Origin: Eledone cirrhosa
Lineage: Eukaryota
DNA: 64,000 nucleotides
Assembly: GCA_964016885.1 (NCBI GenBank)
Contig: OZ024751.1
Span: forward strand, 6,076,001-6,140,000
Direction: 5' to 3'
Below are positions 30,511 through 41,739 of the stretch, piece by piece (the first letter of the stretch is position 1; the number at the start of each line of letters is the position of its first letter). Position numbers and translations under genes: made by a program. Below the pieces are notes generated by a model that saw nothing but the letters and a program-made list of their open reading frames with translations, made no database searches and was not told where the DNA came from.

Positions 30511-30959
30511 TATACACATATGCATGCAGGTACACATACATATATGCACGCATCAGTTTAGCCGACGTTTATTATAACGCCTGCTTTGTTCGTTTGTTTG
30601 TCAACAAACCGAACAGCCTGAATTTATGCCATACGGTGTTAAGGCAACCACGTCACCTTTTTGTTCAACACTGACACAGGAACGATGTACTACTTTCAAG
30701 CTTGTTAGCTATCATCAGCACCGTTTTCCCATCTGCCAGATAGTTGAACGTTCGAAAGTATATATTTTCCTCATGAAAATTAACGACTGATCAGCCTAAT
30801 TTGCATATTGAGTGAGTTAAATCGGTCAGGCATACCGAAAACGATAAGTTGAAAAAAATAAAAACGAAATTTCATTTCTCACTCTTAGTATGGCACTTAC
30901 TTAAATGTAAGTATGTATGTATACGTACATACATATATGTATACAGACGTACAGTAGCA

Positions 30960-30999
<40 letters not shown>

Positions 31000-31451
31000 T
31001 ATACACATATGCATACAGGTACACATACATATATGCACGCATCAGTTTAGCCGACGTTTATTATAACGCCTGCTTTGTTCGTTTGTTTGTCAACAAACCG
31101 AACAGCCTGAATTTATGCCATACGGTGTTAAGGCAACCACGTCACCTTTTTGTTCCACACTGACACAGGAACGATGTACTAGTTTCAAGCTTGTTAGCTA
31201 TCATCAGCACCGTTTACCCATCTGCCAGAGAGTTGAACGTTCGAAAGTATATACTTTCCTTATGAAAATTAACGGCTGAGCAGCCTAATTTGCATATTGA
31301 GTGAGTTAAATCGGTCAGGCATACCGAAAACGATAAGTTGAAAAAAATGAAAACGAAATTTCATTTCTCACTCTTAGTATGGCACTTACTTAAATGTAAG
31401 TATGTATGTATACGTACATACATATATGTATACAGACGTACAGTAGCATGC

Positions 31452-31484
<33 letters not shown>

Positions 31485-32200
31485 TATACACATATGCATA
31501 CAGGTACACATACATATATGCACGCATCAGTTTAGCCGACGTTTATTATAACGCCTGCTTTGTTCGTTTGTTTGTCAACAAACCGAACAGCCTGAATTTA
31601 TGCCATACGGTGTTAAGGCAACCACGTCACCTTTTTGTTCCACACTGACACAGGAACGATGTACTAGTTTCAAGCTTGTTAGCTACCATCAGCACCGTTT
31701 ACCCATCTGCTAGATAGTTGAACGTTCGAAAGTATATACTTTCCTTATGAAAATTAACGGCTGAGCAGCCTAATTTGCATATTGAGTGAGTTAAATCGGT
31801 CAGGCATACCGAAAACGATAAGTTGAAAAAAATGAAAACGAAATTTCATTTCTCACTCTTAGTATGGCACTTACTTAAATGTAAATATGTATATATACGT
31901 ACATACATATATGTATACAGACGTACAGTAGCATGCATATATATATATATATATACATATATATACACATATGCATGCAGGTACACATACATATATGCAC
32001 GCATCAGTTTAGCCGACGTTATTATAACGCCTGCTTACTTGAATGGCACTTACTTGAATGTAAGTATGTATGTATACGTACATACATATATGTATACGTA
32101 CATACATATATGTATACAGACGTACAGTAGCATGCTCAGCCGTTAATTTTCATAAGGAAAGTATATACTTTCGAACGTTCAACTATCTGGCAGATGGATA

Positions 32201-32245
32201 AACGGTGCTGATGATAGCTAACAAGCTTGAAACTAGTACATCGTT
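32201..32245 (+). ncRNA. Minimal type I hammerhead ribozyme, canonical array allele, in the inverted tail
   Basis: AACGGTG (stem I), CTGATGA (32208-14), T AGCT AACA AGCT T (stem II), GAAA (32229-32), CTAG (palindromic helix III), TA with predicted GUA cleavage after 32238, CATCGTT (stem I'). Confidence 0.9.
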
Positions 32246-32415
32246 CCTATGTCATTGTTGAACAAAAAGGTGACGTGGTTGCCTTAACACCGTATGGCAT
32301 AAATTCAGGCTGTTCGGTTTGTTGACAAACAAACGAACAAAGCAGGCGTTATGATAAACGTCGGCTAAACTGATGCGTGCATATATGTATGTGTACCTGT
32401 ATGCATATGTGTATA

Positions 32416-32527
<112 letters not shown>

Positions 32528-32761
32528 TGCTACTGTACGTCTGTATACATATATGTATGTACGTATACATACATACTTACATTTAAGTAAGTGCCATACT
32601 AAGAGTGAGAAATGAAATTTCGTTTTCATTTTTTTCAACTTATCGTTTTCGGTATGCCTGACCGATTTAACTCACTCAATATGCAAATTAGGCTGCTCAG
32701 CCGTTAATTTTCATAAGGAAAGTATATACTTTCGAACGTTCAACTATCTGGCAGATGGGTA

Positions 32762-32806
32762 AACGGTGCTGATGATAGCTAACAAGCTTGAAAGTAGTAC
32801 ATCGTT
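32762..32806 (+). ncRNA. Hammerhead motif, helix-III mismatch allele (GAAAGTAGTA)
   Basis: Identical to 32201-32245 except C15.2>G. Confidence 0.75.
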
Positions 32807-32976
32807 CCTGTGTCAGTGTTGAACAAAAAGGTGACGTGGTTGCCTTAACACCGTATGGCATAAATTCAGGCTGTTCGGTTTGTTGACAAACAAACGAACA
32901 AAGCAGGCGTTATGATAAACGTCGGCTAAACTGATGCGTGCATATATGTATGTGTACCTGTATGCATATGTGTATA

Positions 32977-33053
<77 letters not shown>

Positions 33054-33245
33054 GCATGCTACTGTACGTCTGTATACATATATGTATGTACGTATACATA
33101 CATACTTACATTTAAGTAAGTGCCATACTAAGAGTGAGAAATGAAATTTCGTTTTCATTTTTTTCAACTTATATATATATAAATATATATATATATATGT
33201 TGATTTAAAACTGCACTATCCACATGTGTTTTTTAATCTTCATAT

Positions 33246-33330
33246 CATGTCTTCCTGTTTTATCTGATGAAAACACAAATATTATTGCATGATGATATTT
33301 GTTTTTGAAATGCGCATAATAAAATACATG
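33246..33330 (+). ncRNA. Type I hammerhead ribozyme in a ~160-bp island between (TA)n tracts
   Basis: TGTTTTAT-CTGATGA (33264)-long stem II ACAAATATTATT/GATGATATTTGT-GAAA (33307)-TGCGCA-TA-ATAAAATA, with distal pairing CATGT/ACATG. Confidence 0.85.
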
Positions 33331-33375
33331 AAACTCTTTTAACCATCTTTTGTTCTTATATATATATATATATAT

Positions 33376-35145
33376 GGAGAACAAATTTACGAAATGGAAA
33401 TGCGGGTATATAGAATTTACTAGGTAACAATTGTTTCTATAGTGTATGAGTTACCTATACCTCGCTATTTGAATAATACACAAATATTATCAAAAACCGA
33501 AAGTACACTGTAAGCCAACACACCATGTCATCAGACCTTTGTATTAGAATGATATGAAAATATTTTATACACTAGATAAAAGATAAAGAAGGAGGTAGGA
33601 AGAGAAGGGGAAGAGGGAAGTGAGTAAGGTGGAGGGATTCCTAGGGTTTAAGACTGTCAGACTAGTAGAGATTGTGAAGAGAGAATGTTTTGGCAGCAGT
33701 TAGCTTAATGAGGCGTGTTAAGGTTGGCTGGGAAGTAGATTCTTCTAGTGGTGTTGTTCGGACAAAATTTAGTTAGAGGGGTCAAAGTAGTACAGTGTCA
33801 CAGACAAGTTATTAGGGCTATTATAGTAGCAGGTTATTTCTAAAGGGGTCCAGAAAAACAGTGTTTAGTACTATTATTATTGAAAGCAATATCTAGTGTA
33901 TAAACATATAAGACAGAAATTTGCAAACGTTGGTTTAAAAAGGTAACATTATATGCATTTAAAAAAAGAAAAAGTCGTTTTCAAACGATGGTTACAGTAT
34001 AGAGAACGTTCAATTTTGCTGTTCAAAAGTTTGTTTACCGACGTTAAAATGCAGTATATCTCTAAATTGCATAACTTGCAGAATCGATGATTTTGCTGAT
34101 ATGCAGGCGCAGCTGCAATAATTTGCCAATCAAGGGAGAACGCTTGATTGTTCCTCCGAAGCTGCCAGGCTTTATCGGCGAGGGTTGTTACGGAGCGCAT
34201 TTTCTCGTGCCTGATCGAAGATCGATGTTGGTATAGGCGAGCCTTGAAAGAAGTTGCGGTACATCCGACGTAATACCATTTGTTGGTCCCGGAATTTATT
34301 GTACACCGGTAGACAATATTGCGTGCTAGGCACTGGTTATTCAGTGGGAACGTACCTGGTTTGGTGCAGTTACAACTATTTTTATGTTTTGCAGTAGAAT
34401 CCTGGATTGTTTGGTGGGGTTGTGGTTGCGTGTTAGTGCGTTGCATGTTGCTATGCTGGTGCGCTGAGTCATTAGGGATGTACTTATTCAGTATTGCTGA
34501 GTTGAGTTTTCTAATTAGTTGTTCTATGTTAGGTGCAGTGGAGTATGAGAGTCTAATGGTGCGCGAGTTAAAGATTTTATAGTATTTATGTGAAGTTGTA
34601 AAGTGTTTATTGATTAGTGTATATAATTGTGAGATAATCTTAGTGCTAATAGAAGAATTGTACACGGGGTTATACCATATGTACTCTCTACGTCTGACTC
34701 TATTTGCTGGTTTGCACCTGTTAGTATGCCTATTGATGTGTGTGTGTGGTGCAATACTAGTTCGACTTAGATGTGTTTTATTCATAGTACTTATGTGGTT
34801 ATCGTCTAGATATTCAATTTTCTCGCAGTAACTAGCTTTTCTAAGTGCGTCATTATAATATTCAGCATGCTCGTTGAAGGTCTACAAATTAGACGACAGT
34901 CGGGAGATCCTTATGGATATATTTTTAGGGATAGATTTAATAATGGAATGAGGATGGTTCGATTTTACATTAACGTACTTAAGATTTTCATTAAGTTTGT
35001 GAAATGGCTCTATATTACCGTTATCAAGGTTGAAGGTGACATCCAAGAAGTTGACCACCTTAAGATTGTGTTCAAAGGTAATATTAAGCCCTAGTTCTAA
35101 GAAAAGTTTCCTAATGTTTTTACGTCGCCTTTCTAGGTTTCGTTT
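33376..35145 (-). mobile_element. 5'-truncated Penelope-like element (RT thumb, GIY-YIG endonuclease, 3' UTR/pLTR), frameshifted
   Basis: ORF 34882-35241 has VNFLDVTF and SNHPHSI. ORF 33949-34785 has IWYNP, KIFN..RLSYS, CNC..CLARNIVY..YYVGCT..FKARLYQH and CKLCNLE. Flanked by (TA)n. Confidence 0.9.
33421..33540 (-). ncRNA. Type I hammerhead ribozyme in the Penelope 3' region
   Basis: Reverse complement AGGT-CTGATGA-C ATGGTGTGT...ATACACTAT A-GAAA-CAATTG-TT-ACCT. Palindromic helix III, same strand as the Penelope ORF. Confidence 0.78.
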
Positions 35146-35465
35146 GTTATATATATATATATAAGTAAAAATTAGCGAGAATCGAATTTCAGCCCATGAA
35201 ATAACGAGAAAACACTTTCGAATTGTGAGGCAAGCGCTCAATAATTCAAATGAATTAGAGCTTACAACTTACGTTAAAGGCCAAACACACTGAGATGGTG
35301 GTTAAACTAATTATACACACAGCGAAGATTCGATCTCCTATTTCGGGTCAAACAGATATACAGATATAAAAAATATATGAAAATATACCTGTTTGATACT
35401 CACCCGGACCCCTGGGATGATGGTAAAGTCCAGTGTTGGGGTTTCTGCGGCTCCATAAGTCACTT

Positions 35466-35550
35466 ACGGCAGTTCTCAAGCCGTTTCGACGGATATTTCT
35501 GGACTACCAGAGTCCAGAAATAGCCGTCCAAACGGCTTCAGCTCTGCCGT
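35466..35550. repeat. GC-rich imperfect palindrome / hairpin (85 bp)
   Basis: ACGGCAG..AAGCCGTTT.GACGG.TATTTCTGGACT (loop ACCAG) AGTCCAGAAATA.CCGTC.AAACGGCTT..CTGCCGT. Confidence 0.85.
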
Positions 35551-35648
35551 CGGGGTCATACATTTTCCTATTACCCAGTCTACTACCCTAAGTATTGAGT
35601 ACTCTGGTGTGTTATGGTGAATCTGGTTCCTTATCACAACTCCTTCGT

Positions 35649-35750
<102 letters not shown>

Positions 35751-36324
35751 GAGAGAGAGAGGCACATTCTGTATTTCTATAGTTTTATCAATTTAAATGT
35801 CCACGTGTAACAACATCATGAATAAAACTTCATTAAACAAAGGCTTGCATTTTACTAAAATAGCAGAGAATATTAAACAATTTTGAATTATGCATATTAT
35901 ATGCAATGAGTGAATGTATTATAAATAGAATTCTTGAAAACACAATAGTTCAGATTTAAAGAAAATCTGGAAAGATTGAGGTATTTGCAGTGGATTAACT
36001 GAACGTTATGACAACCGTTTCGTAATTATTTTAAAGATTTGGATACATAATTGTCGCCTTCTATTTCAAGATATATTAATAACCATGTAGAGGAATTTAA
36101 CATATCTCTAAATAAACTGCATACCTACCTGCACACATACATATCTACATATCTACCTACCTACCGACTTAAATACCTATCTAACTACCTACCTACAAGC
36201 ATAAATACATATATACATACCTGCATACCTAGCTGCATACTCACCTGCATACATAATATATATATATATATATAGACACACACACACACACATACACATA
36301 TATATTCATATATATATATATACT

Positions 36325-36387
<63 letters not shown>

Positions 36388-36620
36388 TGGCAACATGGAT
36401 GGACCTGTTATTTTTCTCTAAAAACATCTTTTCCCATTCCGCCCTGCCCATCCCTTCACTCTTTCTAATTTCTCATTCTTTCTACTGATGAAAGACTAGC
36501 ACCCGGCACGTCGAGGCCCGTCTTTCTGCGTTAAACTAATATATTCCTTCCATATACTCTACCGTTTGTGTCATTATTTCTGTTTACATTTTTGACACAC
36601 ACACACACCCACACACATAG

Positions 36621-36653
<33 letters not shown>

Positions 36654-36854
36654 ATATTGCATATGAACTGAAGTTGTGGCAATCACAAATATATATATAT
36701 CTGTAAAATCTGAGTGGCAATGTGAGTGTTTCAGTCTCTATGTTTGTTAAACAAAAAATATATTTAATTGGTTCTTTTTATATCCTTTCATCAAGCGGTG
36801 TATGGTGACATAAACTACTAGTCTCTTAGTTTAAAGATTGATGAAGCCAGTCAG

Positions 36855-37076
36855 GTCGGTGCTTATCCCGGTTTCGTAGCGTGAAGCGACAGAGACTATA
36901 ACCATCCAGTCCATTGCTGGCTTGAAACCCCAGCTGGTACTCATTTTCAACTGACTATACTGGGATAACGTTAAAAGAAGCGTTTTACTCAAGTATACAA
37001 CACACAACACAGCACATCGATTGAACCCACAACATCATAATTGAAGGTTCAACACTCTTACCACTAGGCCACACGC
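36855..37076 (-). mobile_element. tRNA-derived SINE (family 2), diverged
   Basis: Reverse complement begins GCGTGTGGCCTAGTGGTAAG (A box) and has GGTTCAATCG (B box). Related to 53468-53715. Confidence 0.7.
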
Positions 37077-37310
37077 ATTTACAACTGTTCATTATTTTAA
37101 TTGTTACAGCAGTATCAACTTCAATGGTAGTTCATATATTGATTATGAAGTAGTACTATATAAACAAGTTAATCAGAATAACAAAGTGTTTTAATATCGG
37201 TTGGATTGCATAATCCGTGATAGCGAATCTATTATTAAAATGTATCAAAATCAGCAGGCATATATATATATAATTATATATATATATATATAATTATATA
37301 TATATATATA

Positions 37311-37341
<31 letters not shown>

Positions 37342-37369
37342 TGAATCCTAACAAATTAAATATAACCTC

Positions 37370-37405
<36 letters not shown>

Positions 37406-37753
37406 TATATATATTTATGTATGTATATTTGAACAAAAAATATATGTGTATTTGCCTAATAAAGTAGATATTAATATATATACCACCGAAGCAATGAATA
37501 AAATATTCAATTAAATTAATTAGATGAATAAATTAAAAGAAATAATAAACCAATATAATTAACTAAAATAAATGAAGTAGATTATATGTAATAATGTATT
37601 TGGGAATATAATATAATATGAATTAAAAATACATTAATGCTACAAAAGTATGTGTATGTAAAAAGGTTTACATTTGATTATAAAAGATTGTTAACATGTT
37701 TATAATGCCAACAGTAGGAAGTTTATTTTAATTTGGAATTAATGAGTAGCATA

Positions 37754-37799
<46 letters not shown>

Positions 37800-37814
37800 C
37801 ATATACTATATAGT

Positions 37815-37879
<65 letters not shown>

Positions 37880-37944
37880 GGGTTGTAGAGCTACTGCTTA
37901 TGTGTATATATATATATATATAACAGGGTTGTAGAGCTACTGCT

Positions 37945-38000
<56 letters not shown>

Positions 38001-38001
<1 letters not shown>

Positions 38002-38330
38002 AGAAGTTATATTTAATTTGCTGGGATACAAGCAAATATTTTTATAACTTATATAACGCACTCAACACATTTTTGGAGTAAAAATACAATATATTAACAA
38101 ATGGAAACTATATTTATAAACCATATTTATTTCATTATACATATTTCAAGGACACCACTGCAAATTATGGTGCGCTTTCATCAGATAAAATATAATATAG
38201 ATCAGGGAGCTTCCAACCGACATGGTTGCATTCTTTAAGGGTATGTCAATATTTGTTTATAAAACTGATCTATAGTATATTTTATCTGATGAAAGCGCAC
38301 CATGATTTGCTTTGGTGTCCTTGAAATATT
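38001..38330 (-). mobile_element. Non-coding HHR element family B with inverted 5' duplication
   Basis: 38141-38205 is inverted relative to 38265-38329. Homologous to 50039-50490 and 55421-55680. Flanked by microsatellites. Confidence 0.8.
38128..38192 (-). ncRNA. Type I hammerhead ribozyme (family B)
   Basis: Reverse complement TATTTTAT-CTGATGA-AAG C GCACCA..TGGTGT C CTT-GAAA-TATGTA-TA-ATGAAATA. Confidence 0.82.
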
Positions 38331-38336
38331 ATTGTA

Positions 38337-38368
<32 letters not shown>

Positions 38369-38374
<6 letters not shown>

Positions 38375-38598
38375 TAACAGATTAAAGTTTAAGCCATGAA
38401 TCGCTGCTTCACCCTTAACGGGATCTTATGAAACTTATATCAGAAGATCCCGTTAAGGGTAAAAGCAGCGATTCTTTGCTTAAACTTTAATCTGTTATTT
38501 TAATAAATATTTGCTCTACGGTTCTTAGATATTTTATATATATTTATCCTTATCGGGCCCTCTTTGGATTTTAGTCTTCAAATTTATTATTATTACTA
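38369..38598 (+). mobile_element. Non-coding element family C with inverted 5' duplication and degenerate HHR
   Basis: 38369-38427 is inverted relative to 38444-38503. 38440-38598 is nearly identical to 48259-48418. Flanked by (TA)n. Confidence 0.75.
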
Positions 38599-38652
38599 TA
38601 TATATATATTGTAATAATAATAATAAAATGTGGAGAGGAAGCACACGAGTTA

Positions 38653-38712
<60 letters not shown>

Positions 38713-39339
38713 TACATTACTAGAAATATCATGTTTTAAAATAAATAGGATGGTTTCGTGTCTAAATATGTAAACTAAACGATTAATTCTAGTTTTTATA
38801 AACATCAACGAAGACAGCCTAGAAAAATTACCGAATTTCCTTACACCCCTGCTTATCCCCTCTCTTATTCCAACTTCCCCATATTCCAACACTCCCGTCA
38901 CTTATTCAGACTTCCCTTATTATTTGTGACGCGTAAATAAGTGATAAAAAAAACCCGCAAACATTCACACAGATAAATAATTAAACATGCACGAATATTC
39001 GAAACTCAAGAATGTCAACGGCCATCCAATAAAGTATTTTTGTTTTTGTGGAGCGAGAGACTCCTAGTCTTCATTAAGACATCTCTCTAGGAGAAGGTCA
39101 CTCTGATATATAACCTGTGAATTCGTTTGCATTCAATGATGTTCGTAGAGTGGGATGGCTCCATGCAAAGCCTTTACTCCCTTAAAAAATGCTTCAAGCA
39201 TAGGCATCGCTTGATATGTGACATTTCTTGCGATGCATGATATTGCTGGCCATAGGCAAGTCCTTATCAGGACTAACAAGCCACGTCCGTGCTGCTCATG
39301 CTTAAGTATCATGTGATGAAATTAGTTGTAGCCTTTATG

Positions 39340-39630
39340 TATAAATTTTTGCCAATAGAGGGAGTCGGTTTCTAACATAGATACAAGACTGTCTCATTGG
39401 AATTTAGACATCAACTAGGTAAATATGTATGCATGTTTGCATGCATGCGTGTGTGTGCAGGTATGGATGTTATTGTATGTGTTGATGTATATGTTTTGAG
39501 TTGTATGTGTGCATGTGCATATGCTTTGTATCTGTACATATGTATATGCAGTTGTAATTTCCTAACTAGTCAGGTTTTTTTTTCTGATTCTGTGAAGGCC
39601 AGCTTCTCAAGATTTGTATTGAAGCAGTTA
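39340..39630 (-). mobile_element. 3'-end fragment of R4/Dong-like LINE
   Basis: Colinear similarity with 41740-42080, with an internal deletion. Confidence 0.65.
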
Positions 39631-39905
39631 CTAATGTATGCATGTATGCATGTATGGATGTATATGTCGGGTCTCTCTTGAGTGCTACTGGTAACATGTA
39701 GCCAGTACAACCTGTCACATGGTCAAGTAGTCGGTGGCGTTGCCGGTTTAGTCAATCAAAACCTGACATAAGGCGGAGAACTCATGAGTCAACGGCCATC
39801 CAAAAATGTGTAAATGTGTAAATATGTTTATGCATGTATGCATGTTTATATATGTATATATGTATATGTATATATGTATATGCATGTATGTATGTGTATG
39901 CATAT

Positions 39906-40258
39906 GCGTGGGGGCATAGAAATAATTGGGCTGGATACCCGATTGCGCGGTTAAACCACTAGGAGTGAAGGACCCCTAGCCTTTGTCAGAGCATTCTTCT
40001 AGGAGAAGACAACTCAGGAAACTGGGATAGATCCGACATAATAACCTGCGGCTCAGTAGTTATCGATGATGTTGATATTTTCTTCTTTTCAGGTTATAGC
40101 TACTGTCGGTCAGAGAGTGGGATTGGCTCAGTGCACAGTCTTTCCTAACTTTAAAATAATCTTCACGCACAGGCATTGCACGAAAGCGTTAATTAATAAT
40201 TATTAATAATGTTATATCGTGAAATGGCCATACTCGATAACGAGGGAACAGTCATCAT
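39906..40258 (+). mobile_element. Non-autonomous deletion derivative of the RTE at 4744-9136
   Basis: RTE 5' UTR joined through a short AT tract directly to the tail AATGGCCATACTCGATAACGAGGG..CATCAT. Confidence 0.88.
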
Positions 40259-40274
40259 GTATGTATGTATTTAT

Positions 40275-40858
40275 GACGGGTCACCAGTTGGTGCTACTGG
40301 TAACATGTATCCCAGTACAACATGTCTCATGGTCGGGTCGTTGGCGACTAAACTGGCAACCTCACCAAGGTTTCTTGGTGAGGAGGGTGACTTTGGACAT
40401 CCTGCAGGACTAAAATCAAAACCTGTCAATGGCCATCCAAAATCACCGGGAGAGATGACCCCTTAGCCTTTGTCGAGGCAGAATTCTAGGAGAAGGAAAA
40501 CTCTGATATAACACCTGCAACCCTGATGGTATCCAATGATGTTGACTTGTTCTTCTTTTTGGTAAATATCATCTTGGTTAAGAGAGTGGGACTGGCTTTG
40601 TGCAGTGCCTTTGCTCACTATAAAAGCTTCACGGCACAGGCATTGCTTTATATCTGGAGATCTCTCTCTACTTGTCGTCACATGGTACCATGGGCCCCGC
40701 ACTATGTGTCAATAATTGTCATAAGTGTAGTGTTTGTACCAGAGTTTTCAAGTCGCTGGCTGGACTAAAAAGTCACACTCGTTCAGCGCAACGGTAGGGG
40801 TTCTCCTACATGGATATAAAGTAGTGGCCGTACTTGAAAACGAGTTGGCAGCCACCAT
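40275..40858 (+). mobile_element. Bipartite non-autonomous RTE derivative, copy 1
   Basis: RTE-like UTR blocks (TTCTAGGAGAAGG, AGAGTGGGA, GCACAGGCATTGC), codons for [18 protein letters not shown], and tail TGGCCGTACTTGAAAACGAG..GCCACCAT. Confidence 0.8.
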
Positions 40859-40874
40859 ATATATATGTATGTAT

Positions 40875-40908
<34 letters not shown>

Positions 40909-41117
40909 ATGTATATGTGTATGTATATGTGTATGTATGTGTATATGTATGAATATATGTATGTATATGTGTATGTATGTATATGTGTATATATATATAT
41001 GTATGTGTATATATATGTATATATATATGTATATGTATGTGTATATGTGTGTATATATGTATGTATATGTGTATGTATGTGTAAATGTATGTATGTGTGT
41101 ATGTATATATATATATG

Positions 41118-41709
41118 TGGGACAGGTTGTACTGGAATACATGTTACCAGTAGCACCATGGTCGTGTCGTTGGCAACTAAACTGGCAACCCCACCAAGGT
41201 TTCTTGGTGAGGAGGGTGACTTTGGACATCCTGCAGGACTAAAAACAAAACCTGTCAAAGGCCAAAGGAGCTCTTAAGAGTCAATTGCCATCCAAAATCA
41301 CCGGGACAGATGACCCCTTAGCATTTGTCAAGGCAGCATTCTAGGAGAAGGAAAACTCTGATATAACACCTGCAAATCTGATGGTATCCAATGATGTTGA
41401 CTTGTTCTTTTTGGTAAATATCATCTTGGTTAAGAGAGTGGGACTGGTTTGTGCAGTGCCTTTGCTCACTATAAAAGCTTCACGGCACAGGCATTGCTTT
41501 ATATCTGGAGATCTCTCTGCACTTGTCGTCACATGGTACCATGGGCTCAGCACTATGTTTCTATAATTGTCACAAGTGTAGTGTTTGTACCAGAGTTTTC
41601 AAGTCGCTGGCTGGACTAAAAAGTCACACTCGTTCAGCGCAACGGTAGGGGTTCTCCTACATGGATATAAAGTAGTGGCCGTACTCGAAAACGAGTTGGC
41701 AGCCACCAT
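41118..41709 (+). mobile_element. Bipartite non-autonomous RTE derivative, copy 2, with 5' 40 bp inverted
   Basis: Highly similar to 40275-40858. 41118-41157 is the reverse complement of 40290-40329. Confidence 0.8.
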
Positions 41710-41739
41710 GGATGTATGTATGTTTTTCTGGTTTTATAA

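Noticed and set aside
36470-36525. CTGATGA..GGCACGTC possible decayed hammerhead
   Set aside because: GAAA box is absent and stem I is unconvincing.
38278-38335. Plus-strand family B hammerhead
   Set aside because: Truncated after GAAA with no stem I 3' strand. Counted only as the inverted arm.
40275-40351. HDV-like or twister ribozyme in the RTE-derived 5' UTR
   Set aside because: Several hairpins and a CTAA-ACTGG/CCAGT pairing are present, but I could not build a complete P1/P3/L3 pseudoknot by eye. Needs an Infernal search.
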